A stretch of DNA of 32,000 bases from Erysipelotrichaceae bacterium (lineage in GTDB: Bacteria > Bacillota_I > Bacilli_A > Erysipelotrichales > Erysipelotrichaceae), in the NCBI GenBank assembly GCA_963676105.1, contig OY781039.1:1170001-1202000 (forward strand), read 5' to 3'. The translations under genes and the position numbers were made by a program. This document shows positions 5,953 to 15,989 of this stretch, piece by piece; position 1 is the first letter of the stretch; each line of letters opens with the position of its first letter. The notes beneath the pieces were generated by a model. The model worked only from the letters and a program-made list of their open reading frames with translations. It made no database searches and was not told the DNA's origin.

Positions 5953-7140
5953 CTAATCTTTATTTAAATACATAATTGCTGATTCAGCTAAAATTGCTGA
6001 AGCTTTTGATAAAACTGTTTCATCAATATCAAACTTTGGATGATGGTGCGGTACATCAAATCCAAGTGATTCTTTCTTACCACCAATAAACATGAAACAA
6101 CCAGGTACTTTTTCAATGAAATAGGAATAATCTTCACTTCCCATGATTGGATTTTCCATTTCAATCAGTTTATCAGCTCCATATAATTCAGTAACGGCCG
6201 CACGAACAATATCACTCGCTCCTTTAGCGTTAATAGTTGTTGGATAAAGGTTAGTATAGATTAACTCATAACTAGCTCCATGTGATTCGACAACACCTTT
6301 AACTAATTGATCAATCATCTTAGGAAGTTGAGCTCTAAGTTCAGGATTAACTGAGCGAATACTTCCTTTCATATTTGCAGTATCAGGGATAATATTATTA
6401 GCTGTTCCTGCATTCATCATAGTAATCGAAAAGACTAAGTTTTCAAACGCACTAATCTTACGATTCATAATTGCCATCAAGTTATTATAGACTTGAACCA
6501 TCACATAGACTGGATCAATTGTTGTTTCAGGTGATGATGAATGGCCACCTTTCCCTTGGATTTTTATCTCAAAGAAATCTGGTGCTGCCATCATAGCTCC
6601 GTCTTTAACCATAACCATTCCTTCAGGTAGTGTTGATTGAACATGTGCACCGAATGCAAAGTCTACTTTTGGATTTTCAAGGACCCCTTCTTTAATCATT
6701 CTTTCTGCACCGCCTGGTCCCTCTTCAGCAGGTTGAAAAACAAACTTAACGTTGCCACTAAACTTATCAGTCATTTTTGAAAGAATTCGAGCAGTACCTA
6801 GTAACCACGCCGTATGCGCATCATGACCACATGCATGCATTAGTCCTGGATTTTGTGATTTATAAGGTACATCACTATCTTCATCCATCCTTAAGCAATC
6901 CATGTCAGCACGTAATAATACGGTTTTACCTGGTTTTTTTCCTTTTAGTAAACCAACAACCCCTGTTACACCTACTTCAGTTTGAACGTCCATCCCTAAA
7001 CGCTTTAACTCTTTAGCTACAATTCCAGCTGTACGAACTTCTTCGAGTCCTGGTTCTGGATGCATATGAAAGTCACGTCTAAACTCAACTAGACTACCTT
7101 GTTCAAGGCTTGCCAATTTTAAAATTTCGTCTTTATACAT
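5953..7140 (-). CDS. M20D-family amidohydrolase (N-acyl-amino-acid / hippurate hydrolase type), paralog 1
   Basis: 395 aa. MHACGHDAH metal-binding motif, FQPAEEGPGGA and GKGGHSS, typical of the Ama/HipO/HyuC group. SD GAGGAG. Confidence 0.9.
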   Translation of the reverse strand: MYKDEILKLASLEQGSLVEFRRDFHMHPEPGLEEVRTAGIVAKELKRLGMDVQTEVGVTGVVGLLKGKKPGKTVLLRADMDCLRMDEDSDVPYKSQNPGLMHACGHDAHTAWLLGTARILSKMTDKFSGNVKFVFQPAEEGPGGAERMIKEGVLENPKVDFAFGAHVQSTLPEGMVMVKDGAMMAAPDFFEIKIQGKGGHSSSPETTIDPVYVMVQVYNNLMAIMNRKISAFENLVFSITMMNAGTANNIIPDTANMKGSIRSVNPELRAQLPKMIDQLVKGVVESHGASYELIYTNLYPTTINAKGASDIVRAAVTELYGADKLIEMENPIMGSEDYSYFIEKVPGCFMFIGGKKESLGFDVPHHHPKFDIDETVLSKASAILAESAIMYLNKD

Positions 7141-7154
7141 ATCTATATTCTCCT

Positions 7155-8345
7155 CTAGAAATCTTGATTTAAATAGAGTAAGGCTGTCTCTGCTAAAATT
7201 GCAGATCCTTTACTCAAAACCGTTTCATCAATATCAAATTTTGGATGATGATGTGGTACATCAAAACCCAAATCTTCTTTTTTAGCACCAATAGATATAA
7301 AACTACCTGGTACTTTCTCTAAAAAATATGAGAAATCTTCTCCACCCATCGAAGATTGCGTCATTTCATTAATTTTATCTTCGCCATATAGCTCAGTAAC
7401 AGCTTCTCGGACTAAATCTGTAGAAGCCTTATCGTTGATTGTGGCTGGATATAAATGATTATATTCAAAGGTATAGCTAGCTCCATGTGATTCAACAACA
7501 CCTTTAATCAGTTTTTCAAACATTTCAGGTAATTGTGCTCTTAGTTCTGGATTAACCGAGCGAATACTTCCTCCTAAGCTTGCGCTATCTGGAATAACAT
7601 TATTGGCACTACCTGCTTGAAATTTTGTAATTGAAATAACAAGATTATCAAATGCACTAATTTTGCGGTTCATAATGGTCATAAGGTTACTATATACTTG
7701 ATGACCAATTGATAGTGGGTCAATACATTCTTCAGGACGTGAAGAATGACCACCTTTACCTTGTATTGTAAGATCAAAAAAGTCAGGTGCAGCTGTCATT
7801 GGCCCATCTTTAATATTGACATAACCTTCTTTAACTTGCGACGAAATATGCGCACCAAAAGCGACATCAACATGTGGATTTTCCATCACACCTTCCGCGA
7901 TCATTCTTTCAGCACCACCTGGTCCCTCTTCAGCTGGTTGAAAAACAAATTTTATATTTCCACTAAATTTGTCTGTCATTTGCGATAGAATGCGAGCTGT
8001 TCCTAATAACCAAGCCGTATGGGCATCATGTCCGCAGGCGTGCATTAAACCAGGATTTTGAGATTTATAAGGAACATCATTTAACTCATCCATTTTTAAA
8101 CAATCCATATCAGCTCTAAGCAAGACTGTTTTACCGGGTTTATGACCTTTTAAAAGACCAACAACACCTGTTACTGCAATGCCTGTTTGTACTTCTAAAC
8201 CTAATTTTTTTAATTCTTTTGCGACAATGCCAGCTGTCCTAAACTCTTCAAGTCCAGGTTCTGGAAACATGTGGAAATCTCGCCGAAATTCGACGAGATC
8301 TCCTTGAATATTTTCAGCATATTTAAGAATTTCTTCTTTAAACAC
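7155..8345 (-). CDS. M20D-family amidohydrolase, paralog 2 (GTG start)
   Basis: 396 aa, collinear with paralog 1 and roughly three-quarters identical by eye. The start codon is GTG, 3 nt after the SBP gene stop and preceded by AGGTGA. The N-terminus MFKEEIL aligns with MYKDEIL of paralog 1. Confidence 0.9.
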   Translation of the reverse strand: MFKEEILKYAENIQGDLVEFRRDFHMFPEPGLEEFRTAGIVAKELKKLGLEVQTGIAVTGVVGLLKGHKPGKTVLLRADMDCLKMDELNDVPYKSQNPGLMHACGHDAHTAWLLGTARILSQMTDKFSGNIKFVFQPAEEGPGGAERMIAEGVMENPHVDVAFGAHISSQVKEGYVNIKDGPMTAAPDFFDLTIQGKGGHSSRPEECIDPLSIGHQVYSNLMTIMNRKISAFDNLVISITKFQAGSANNVIPDSASLGGSIRSVNPELRAQLPEMFEKLIKGVVESHGASYTFEYNHLYPATINDKASTDLVREAVTELYGEDKINEMTQSSMGGEDFSYFLEKVPGSFISIGAKKEDLGFDVPHHHPKFDIDETVLSKGSAILAETALLYLNQDF

Positions 8346-8348
8346 TAA

Positions 8349-9959
8349 TTATTCACCTAATTTCCATTCCCATACTGCAAAGTTACCTAAAGGAATATCT
8401 TCCATACCGATACTATCACCTAAGTATGATGTGTATGCATAGTCATTGAATGTCGCAACATATTCAATAAATGGAGGTTCTTCTAACCAAGTTTGTTGGT
8501 AATCCATCATAATTTGAGTACGTTCTTCATCAGATGTAGCTGCCATAAATGCATCATAGTAATCATCCCAAGTATCATCAGCTGTATTGATAAGTGTAGC
8601 TGCATCATTTGTTAAAAGATTACGTAAATACATTGGGTTTGTTTGGAAGTTCATATTAACTAAACCAATCGATGTTGAACCATCATAGAAACCAGCAAAC
8701 ATAGTTGCAGCTTCAGTAACTTGTACTTCAACAGGTAAACCAATATCAACTAAGTTTTGAGCAATAATGGTTGCACATTTTTCACGAGCACCTGGAGGCG
8801 TTGAGAATGTGATTGTTTCAGATAAATCAATCGCACCATCAGCTGCTGCTTCAGCAATTAGAGCTGCCGCTGTCTCTTGATCAAATGTAGGAACCATAAT
8901 TTCATTAAAGTATGCTGAGTTTGCAGGAATTGGTCCCTCAATTGGTGCTGCACGACCTAACATATTCGCAACTGCTTCACGATCAATCGCTAAGTCAATT
9001 GCTTGACGAATTCTAACATCAGAATAAACAGCTTGGTTAACAAATAACATATAAGGTTGATCAGGTGTTTCAGGATAGAAAATAGTTAAATGATCAACTG
9101 CTTCAAAGGATGAAATATCATCACTTGATAATGCTGGATAAGCCATATCAACATCGCCTGCAATCATCGCAGAAGCCATGTTAGAAACAGCCATAACTGT
9201 AATTTTAAACTTACCAAATTCAGCAACACCTAAATAATAATCAGGATTTGCTGCCATTACGATTTCACTACCAGCAATTTGACTTTCAAATAGTAATGGT
9301 CCATTTGTAAGCGGGTTATTCCAATACTCTAAACTTGCATAAGTACTTGGATCAGTTCCTTCAAGTTCGTGTTTTGGTAAAGCTAAATAGTAATTAATAT
9401 ATGAAGGGAAAGTAACTGCTTCATTGATTGGTGAATCAAAAGTATAAACTAAAGTATAGTCATCAATAGCTTCAACACCTAAAGTTGTCCCATCTGCATT
9501 ACCAGATGTATCAGTCCCCGTAATTATACTGTAATAAGATTTTTGATCCACCACATTCATTGGATCAGTAATTAATTCTGCTGCAAAGACATAATCTTCA
9601 GCTGTAACAGGTTCTCCATCACTCCATACAGCTGCATCATTTAAATAAAATGTAGCTGTTAAGCCATCTTCTGAAATTTCCCAATCTTTAGCGGCTCTTT
9701 CAGTAATGTTACCTGCACCATCAACGTAAGTTAAACGATCATATAATAGACCTAAAACAAGACCACTATAGTAACCACCTGAACCACCATTGTATGGTAC
9801 TAAATCTTTCCATGCACTACCCATTGCGAGTGTAACAACCGTATCAGAATAGTCAACTTCTTCACTTGTTGTGTCACTTGACGAAGATGAACAAGCAGTG
9901 AGTAATGAAATACTTAAGACTAAAATCATACTAATTTTGAATAACTTTGATAATTTCAT
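8349..9959 (-). CDS. Peptide/nickel-family (family 5) ABC substrate-binding lipoprotein
   Basis: OppA/DppA-like size and composition. The preferred start is the ATG at 9959 (MKLSKLFKISMILVLSISLLTAC), preceded by GAGGAG with 7-nt spacing. Lipobox LLTAC. The ORF-track start at 9974 adds 5 aa and has no SD. Confidence 0.9.
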   Translation of the reverse strand: MKLSKLFKISMILVLSISLLTACSSSSSDTTSEEVDYSDTVVTLAMGSAWKDLVPYNGGSGGYYSGLVLGLLYDRLTYVDGAGNITERAAKDWEISEDGLTATFYLNDAAVWSDGEPVTAEDYVFAAELITDPMNVVDQKSYYSIITGTDTSGNADGTTLGVEAIDDYTLVYTFDSPINEAVTFPSYINYYLALPKHELEGTDPSTYASLEYWNNPLTNGPLLFESQIAGSEIVMAANPDYYLGVAEFGKFKITVMAVSNMASAMIAGDVDMAYPALSSDDISSFEAVDHLTIFYPETPDQPYMLFVNQAVYSDVRIRQAIDLAIDREAVANMLGRAAPIEGPIPANSAYFNEIMVPTFDQETAAALIAEAAADGAIDLSETITFSTPPGAREKCATIIAQNLVDIGLPVEVQVTEAATMFAGFYDGSTSIGLVNMNFQTNPMYLRNLLTNDAATLINTADDTWDDYYDAFMAATSDEERTQIMMDYQQTWLEEPPFIEYVATFNDYAYTSYLGDSIGMEDIPLGNFAVWEWKLGE

Positions 9960-10013
9960 TTTGAATCTCCTCATTTTTGTTTATATCTATTTTGTCTGGA
10001 TAAAAATTTTATC

Positions 10014-11030
10014 TTATGATTTTGAGAGCTCTTCTGCATAAGGACAAGCTACTTTGTGCCCTCCGCCTAAATCCTCAAGATTAGGCTCACTAAGTGAACA
10101 AGCCTCTTGTGCAAAAGGACATCTTGTATGAAAGCGACAACCCAGTGGCGGAAAAAGTGGACTCGGTACATCCCCCGTAAGAATTATACGGTCACGCTTT
10201 TTCGTCGCATCAGGAATTGGAATCGCTGACAACAAGGCTTTTGTATACGGATGTAAAGGATTGCTAAAGATTTGATCTTTGGTTCCAAATTCAACTAGCT
10301 TACCCAAATACATAACCGCAACTTTGTCACAAATATAACGAACAACTGACATATCATGAGAGATAAACAGATAAGAAACTCCTGTTTCTTTTTGAGCATC
10401 TTTCATGAGATTCAATACTTGAGATCGTACTGATACATCAAGCGCTGATACAGGTTCATCACATAAGATAAAGGATGGTTTAATAACCAATGCTCTTGCG
10501 ATAACTACACGCTGTCTTTGTCCCCCGGACAATTCATGCGGTAGCTTCTCAAACTGATAATCCCCCAAACCTACATAACGAAGAATTTCTTGAGCTTTCT
10601 CAATCTTTTCTTCTTCGCTTCCCATCTTAAACGCATCAAGTGGTGCTTTCACCAAATCAATGATGGTTTTATGTGGGTCTAAAGAGGCGTAAGGATCTTG
10701 AAATATAATTTGCATCTCCTTACGGAAAGGACGGAACTTTTTGAAGTTATAATCAACAATATTTTCACCCTTGAAATACATTGATCCTTCAGTGGCTGGT
10801 TGTAAACCTAAGATGGCTCGACCAATCGTTGATTTACCACATCCACTTTCTCCAACAAGTCCAACTGTCTCACCAGGGTAGATGTCCAGACTAACACCAT
10901 CTACGGCCTTTACAGACTGTTTTCCTTTTCCTATTCCTCCGCGAACTGGAAAGTGTTTCTTTAAATTAAACAGTGATACTAGAGGTTCATCTTTTGGGAA
11001 ACTCGTTTCTCTTTTTGTCATTTTTGTCAC
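10014..11030 (-). CDS. Oligo/dipeptide ABC transporter ATP-binding protein (OppF/DppF type)
   Basis: Walker A GESGCGKST, signature LSGGQRQR, Walker B ILCDEP. The C-terminal Cys-rich oligopeptide-transporter extension is present. Confidence 0.9.
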   Translation of the reverse strand: MTKMTKRETSFPKDEPLVSLFNLKKHFPVRGGIGKGKQSVKAVDGVSLDIYPGETVGLVGESGCGKSTIGRAILGLQPATEGSMYFKGENIVDYNFKKFRPFRKEMQIIFQDPYASLDPHKTIIDLVKAPLDAFKMGSEEEKIEKAQEILRYVGLGDYQFEKLPHELSGGQRQRVVIARALVIKPSFILCDEPVSALDVSVRSQVLNLMKDAQKETGVSYLFISHDMSVVRYICDKVAVMYLGKLVEFGTKDQIFSNPLHPYTKALLSAIPIPDATKKRDRIILTGDVPSPLFPPLGCRFHTRCPFAQEACSLSEPNLEDLGGGHKVACPYAEELSKS

Positions 11031-11039
11031 TCTCCCTTC

Positions 11040-12023
11040 TCATGCTTTATCGAAAAGGAAACACCTAACTTCATGTCCTTTTTCGATTTCTACTAAGGCT
11101 GGTTTTTCAACCTTACAGCGGTCAAAACATTTCGCGCAACGATTCGAGAAACGACACCCCACTGGCATTTCACTCAGTGATGGAACAGTTCCAGGAATCG
11201 AGTTTAGTTTTTCCATATCCTTATCAACACGTGGTAATGATTCAAGTAAACCATTTGTGTAAGGATGTTTTGGTTTTGAGAAGATTGTTTTTGCACTTGC
11301 GTATTCAACAACTTCTCCAGCGTACATAACCATGACATAGTCGGACATTTCTGCCACGACTCCCATATCATGGGTAATCAGTAATATTGCGGTATTCATC
11401 TCTTCTTGAAGATCTTTCATTAGATCTAAAACTTGAGCCTGAATGGTGACGTCTAGTGCCGTAGTTGGTTCATCCGCTATCAGTAAATCCGGTCTTGATG
11501 ATAATGCCATCGCAATCATGACTCTTTGACGCATCCCACCAGATAACTGATGAGGATATTCATGCATCCTTTGTTCAGGTGCAGGAATTCCAACTTTTTC
11601 TAAGAACTCTCGCGATTTTTCCCAGGCTTCTTTTTTACTCATTTTGTTATGAGCTAGAAACATTTCAACTAATTGATGACCAACTCTATGAGCTGGATTT
11701 AATGAAGTCATTGGTTCTTGAAATATCATTGATATTTTCTTACCTCTAACTTCTCGCATTTCCTTATGACTCAATTTTGTTATGTCTTGTCCTTGAAAAT
11801 TAATACTTCCATTGGAAATAATGCTTGTCTGTTGAGGCAATAAACGAAGGATTGTATTAGCGGTAACCGATTTACCACATCCAGATTCACCCACGATACC
11901 TAAGATTTCACCTTTATGAACTTTAAATGTGACATCTTCAATCGCAGTGAGTTTTGATTTTTTACCTGTTCTAAATTGAACTTGTAATTGTTGAACATCT
12001 AAGACAACATCTGTCATATTCAA
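11040..12023 (-). CDS. Oligo/dipeptide ABC transporter ATP-binding protein (OppD/DppD type)
   Basis: Walker A GESGCGKS, signature LSGGMRQR, Walker B LIADEPTTALD, and a C-terminal oligopeptide-type extension. Confidence 0.9.
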   Translation of the reverse strand: MNMTDVVLDVQQLQVQFRTGKKSKLTAIEDVTFKVHKGEILGIVGESGCGKSVTANTILRLLPQQTSIISNGSINFQGQDITKLSHKEMREVRGKKISMIFQEPMTSLNPAHRVGHQLVEMFLAHNKMSKKEAWEKSREFLEKVGIPAPEQRMHEYPHQLSGGMRQRVMIAMALSSRPDLLIADEPTTALDVTIQAQVLDLMKDLQEEMNTAILLITHDMGVVAEMSDYVMVMYAGEVVEYASAKTIFSKPKHPYTNGLLESLPRVDKDMEKLNSIPGTVPSLSEMPVGCRFSNRCAKCFDRCKVEKPALVEIEKGHEVRCFLFDKA

Positions 12024-12032
12024 TCCTCCTTT

Positions 12033-12899
12033 CTATATCCTCTTCATTTTTGGATCAAGCGCATCACGCAATCCTTCACCGACAAAATTGATACATACAA
12101 TTGTGATTACCAACAAACTTCCAGCTGGAATCCATATCCACCAGCGTTGCGTAAGCACAGCTAAATTTGTAGCTGCTTGAATGATATTCCCCCAAGATGC
12201 TTCTGGTGGTTGTATCCCTGCACCTAAGAAACTTAAAGCAGATTCAGTAATCATTGCGCTTGATGTTAGAAAGGCAAGTGACACCCAAAGTGGAGCAATT
12301 GAGTTTGGCATAACGGTTTTAAAGATAATCTTCAAATCGCTACTCCCTATCGCTCTTTCAGCTTCAATAAATTCTTTACTTCTAACCGATAAGACATTCC
12401 CATAAATTAGTTTTGCGGTGGAAGGCCATCTCAGAATTCCAATAAGGAAAATAATAATCGCGACATTTGATCCAAAGACCGCAACCACTACAAGGATTAA
12501 AACCATTGCGGGAAATGATTGAAAGATATCAGCTGATCTCATAACAAATGTTTCAACTCGTCCTCTGTAATAGCCAGCTAAGGTCCCTAGTGGTAATCCA
12601 ACAAGAACACTGATAATCATGGCTGAAACACCAATCATAATTGAATTACGTCCACCATATATAAGTCTGGCTAACATATCTCGTCCTAACTCATCTGTCC
12701 CTAAGATATGAATATCATTAGGTGCAGTTTTGAAGGCCATTTTATCAATCTCATATGGATCTAAATCCATAATCAGTGGTAAAACAACAACTAATATGAC
12801 TTCTATTAAAACAACTATTAAACCAAACATCGCCATTTTATGGTGACTGAAGTTTTTGATAAGCTCTTTTAATTGTCTATGTTTATCTTTTTTCATCAC
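12033..12899 (-). CDS. Peptide ABC transporter permease (OppC/DppC type)
   Basis: 288 aa polytopic protein. N-terminal LGTDELGRD motif and the EAA-loop region (EAERAIGSS) typical of DppC/OppC. Confidence 0.9.
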   Translation of the reverse strand: MMKKDKHRQLKELIKNFSHHKMAMFGLIVVLIEVILVVVLPLIMDLDPYEIDKMAFKTAPNDIHILGTDELGRDMLARLIYGGRNSIMIGVSAMIISVLVGLPLGTLAGYYRGRVETFVMRSADIFQSFPAMVLILVVVAVFGSNVAIIIFLIGILRWPSTAKLIYGNVLSVRSKEFIEAERAIGSSDLKIIFKTVMPNSIAPLWVSLAFLTSSAMITESALSFLGAGIQPPEASWGNIIQAATNLAVLTQRWWIWIPAGSLLVITIVCINFVGEGLRDALDPKMKRI

Positions 12900-12911
12900 T
12901 TCAGTCCTTTC

Positions 12912-13865
12912 TTAATCAAATCGAATTTTTGGATCTAGGAATGCATAAACTAAATCAATGATTAAGCTTATAACCAAAACCGCTCCCGAGATAAGTACAG
13001 TCACTCCCATAATGGTGTTATAGTCACGTTGCGCAATTGATAGAATCATGAGTGATCCCATTCCAGGCCAAGCAAAGACTTGTTCTGTAACTACTGCTCC
13101 CCCAACAAGCAAAGGAACTGTTGTCCCAATGGTTGCGACAATCGGAATCCAAGCATTTCTCAATATGTGTTTAACAATAACTTGAAATTCAGATAAACCT
13201 TTCGCACGAGCTGTTTTAACATATTCTTCATTCATGACATTGAGTACACTTCCACGTGTTTGTTTTACAAACGTTCCTAACATTTGAATAACTAAGACAA
13301 AACAAGGAAGTATTAAATGCCTTAACAAATCTGCGAAATCTCCACCACCATTGGAAGCATACATTCCCATTGCTGGTAAGAGTTTAAATTGAATCGCAAA
13401 TAGATAAACCAAAACTAATGCGACAAAGAAGTTTGGTGCTGCCGCACCCAAGAAGGAAAGAGCTGATGAGAGATTATCCCAAAAGGAATAAGGTCTCATT
13501 GCGGCAAGCACACCAATCGGAATCGCAATTAGAAGTGAAACTAATAATGCACTACCCGTTAATGTAATGGTTGGTACAATACGTTCTTTTAGTAATACCC
13601 ACACTGGCATATTAGTTCTAGTAGAAATCCCTAAGTTACCTTGAAGAACATCACCTAACCAAATAAAGTACCTTACAATAACTGGTTTATCCAAACCATA
13701 TTGGATAATTAAAGCTTGTTCTGCTTCAGCTGTAATATCCCCAGCTGATTTGATAATATCAACTGGACTACCTGGCGCTGCATTACTTAACATAAAGACA
13801 ACGAAAGTAATGATAAAGAAGGTTGGTATTATTTGAAATAATCTTTTTAATATATAACGTCCCAT
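12912..13865 (-). CDS. Peptide ABC transporter permease (OppB/DppB type)
   Basis: 317 aa. N-terminal MGRYILKRL...PGSPV, and the EAA-loop YVKTARAKGLSE typical of DppB/OppB. Confidence 0.9.
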   Translation of the reverse strand: MGRYILKRLFQIIPTFFIITFVVFMLSNAAPGSPVDIIKSAGDITAEAEQALIIQYGLDKPVIVRYFIWLGDVLQGNLGISTRTNMPVWVLLKERIVPTITLTGSALLVSLLIAIPIGVLAAMRPYSFWDNLSSALSFLGAAAPNFFVALVLVYLFAIQFKLLPAMGMYASNGGGDFADLLRHLILPCFVLVIQMLGTFVKQTRGSVLNVMNEEYVKTARAKGLSEFQVIVKHILRNAWIPIVATIGTTVPLLVGGAVVTEQVFAWPGMGSLMILSIAQRDYNTIMGVTVLISGAVLVISLIIDLVYAFLDPKIRFD

Positions 13866-13877
13866 ACACTTCCTCCT

Positions 13878-15311
13878 TTAGATGTATTCAGGTGCTTTAA
13901 TTGATTTATCAAGTGGACAATCATAAACACCATTATTTTTTTCCATAAACTCTGCTTGAGCTTCTTTAATTTTGTCTGGATTTTCTAACATTTTGATTGA
14001 TGCCAGTGCCATGATTTTTCCAGCTGTTAACATTCCTTTGTGACCAATTGAAGATTTGCCTTGACCTGTCATTTGCCATGAATGTCCTGGTGTTCCTAAA
14101 CTTTCAGTAGCGACACTGATCATAACCGTTGGTGCGATATATCCTACATCTCCAACATCTGTAGAACCTGTCACAATCTTACGAACGTTTTTGTTGTAAG
14201 CACAGGCTTTTGTATCAAGTGGTTTTTCTAAAATTGATTCTACTTGATCTTTCCCATAACGCTCACTAATGAGTTTTACTTCAGCATCCTTACTATTTGG
14301 ACTAATGGTTTCATCAAAAGCTTTGGCTAATTCATAATCTGCTTCATCCCACTCAGGTGCACCAATTTCTTCCATCGCTTCAGATGCGACAAGTGCAAGC
14401 ACTTCATTTGGAATATACTCTGCATATGAACTTTGAAGTTGCCATTCAACTGTAGTCCCGCTCATCAGAGCGGCCCCTTTGGCGATATTATCAATACGTT
14501 CTGATATTTCTCTGATTTGAGACGTATATGGTGCTCTGCACACATATCTAATAGAAGCTCTATCTTGAACAATATTTGGTGCTTCACCACCTACATCTAG
14601 GTAAGCATAATGAATTCGTGCTTCAGGGATGACATGTTCTCTTAGATAATTTGATCCCACATTCATGAGTTCAACACTATCCAGTGCTGATCGGCCAAGA
14701 TGAGGTGCTCCACCGGCGTGAGCTGTAATCCCTTTAAAGGAATAAACTTTATTAAAGTTGCCTACAAAGTGAGCATTCATGACATCAGTTGTTGTGCTTG
14801 GATGCCATGTATAGAAGAAATCTACTCCATCAAATGCTCCATCTCTTGCCATAAAAGCTTTACCTGCACCACTCTCTTCAGCAGGTGTACCAAAATAAAT
14901 AACAGTTCCTGATTGTTTTGTTTCTTCTAGGTATTCTTTAATCGCAACTGCTGCCGCTAAGCAACCTGTACCCAACATATTGTGACCACAACCATGTCCT
15001 CGTCCTTTTTCAACTAACTCTTCTTTAACTGGACTAGCACCAATTTGACTTAAACCTGGTAATGCATCATATTCACCCAATAGACCAATGACTGGATATC
15101 CACTTCCCCAAACACCTTTGAATGATGTCGGAATATCGACTAGATTTGTTTCAACTTCAAATCCTTCTTCTTCAAGTGCTTTGCATAATAGTGCTTGTGA
15201 TTTAAATTCTTGATAACCGCCTTCTGCATAACCCCAAATCAAATCACTAATCTCAATAAACTTTTTACTTTTTGCCCCAATACTTTTTTCTACAAACGTT
15301 TTCGCATCCAT
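13878..15311 (-). CDS. M20-family amidohydrolase, AbgB-like (aminobenzoyl-glutamate hydrolase subunit B type)
   Basis: 477 aa. GHGCGHNMLG metal-binding motif and GTPAEE. Size and layout match the AbgB group. SD GGGAGA. Confidence 0.85.
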   Translation of the reverse strand: MDAKTFVEKSIGAKSKKFIEISDLIWGYAEGGYQEFKSQALLCKALEEEGFEVETNLVDIPTSFKGVWGSGYPVIGLLGEYDALPGLSQIGASPVKEELVEKGRGHGCGHNMLGTGCLAAAVAIKEYLEETKQSGTVIYFGTPAEESGAGKAFMARDGAFDGVDFFYTWHPSTTTDVMNAHFVGNFNKVYSFKGITAHAGGAPHLGRSALDSVELMNVGSNYLREHVIPEARIHYAYLDVGGEAPNIVQDRASIRYVCRAPYTSQIREISERIDNIAKGAALMSGTTVEWQLQSSYAEYIPNEVLALVASEAMEEIGAPEWDEADYELAKAFDETISPNSKDAEVKLISERYGKDQVESILEKPLDTKACAYNKNVRKIVTGSTDVGDVGYIAPTVMISVATESLGTPGHSWQMTGQGKSSIGHKGMLTAGKIMALASIKMLENPDKIKEAQAEFMEKNNGVYDCPLDKSIKAPEYI

Positions 15312-15329
15312 CTTTTTTCTCCCTAATTT

Positions 15330-15989
15330 CTAACTATTTCTAAACATGTAATCATCAAAGAAAGCTTTACCCATCTTTTCTTCTAAAGCTTTAAGTATGA
15401 CTTTTACACAAGCTTCTTTACTTAATCGTCCACTGTTAAGTGTTAAGTCATAATTGACTGGATTGGTCCAATAATTTCCTTTGGTATAAAACGCATAATA
15501 ATCAGCACGATACTTATCAGTTTTTGTAATTAACTTATCAGCTTCTTTCTCATCAACATCCAATCGATCCATGACTTGTGCTCGACAGTAATCACGCGGC
15601 GCTTCTATATATACGCTCAAAACATTATTTCGATCTTTTAGAATATGATCAGCACATTTGCCAACAATGACGCAAGATGAACTATCAGCAAGCTCTTCTA
15701 TAATTTTCTTTTGAAAATCATAGATGACTTCATTCGATACAAATCGAGTTGTAACAGGATGTGAACCAAAGTGCTTTGGAAAGTTTGCTAATTTATTTAG
15801 AAGTAAGTTTCCTTTTAATTGTTCATCTTGTTCAACAAAGTAATGTTCATCATAACCACTCAATTGAGATGCCATAGTGAGTATCCTGTTTTCAAAACTA
15901 TGTACTTTTAATTCATCAGCTAACATCGCTGCGATTTCACGACCACCACTGCCAAACCCTCGTGCGATTGTAATAATGAAGTTATCCAT
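15330..15989 (-). CDS. Cytidylate-kinase-like family P-loop protein
   Basis: The N-terminus ITIARGFGSGGREIA is typical of the cytidylate kinase-like (Cytidylate_kin2) family. The preferred start is the ATG at 15989, preceded by GGGGAGAGAG with 6-nt spacing. The ORF-track start at 16016 adds 9 aa. Confidence 0.75.
   Translation of the reverse strand: MDNFIITIARGFGSGGREIAAMLADELKVHSFENRILTMASQLSGYDEHYFVEQDEQLKGNLLLNKLANFPKHFGSHPVTTRFVSNEVIYDFQKKIIEELADSSSCVIVGKCADHILKDRNNVLSVYIEAPRDYCRAQVMDRLDVDEKEADKLITKTDKYRADYYAFYTKGNYWTNPVNYDLTLNSGRLSKEACVKVILKALEEKMGKAFFDDYMFRNS

Noticed and set aside
6777-7988. Plus-strand ORFs 6777..7016 and 7746..7988
   Set aside because: Both run antisense within the two M20D amidohydrolase genes. 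No start signals and no recognisable motifs.
9960-9974. N-terminally extended starts in the ORF track (9974, also 1146, 16016, 19397 and 26898)
   Set aside because: In each case an internal ATG has a properly spaced SD. That ATG also gives a canonical signal peptide (9959, 1131), removes a 50-nt overlap with livH (19346), or sits 6-7 nt after a G-rich SD (15989, 26892). The longer forms are not excluded, only less likely.
10882-12405. Plus-strand ORFs 10882..11262 and 12181..12405
   Set aside because: They run antisense to the ATPase and permease genes of the peptide transporter, which carry unambiguous Walker and EAA motifs. These are shadow ORFs.
14700-14912. 70-aa plus-strand ORF
   Set aside because: It runs antisense inside the AbgB-like hydrolase gene, is Cys-rich and has no SD.
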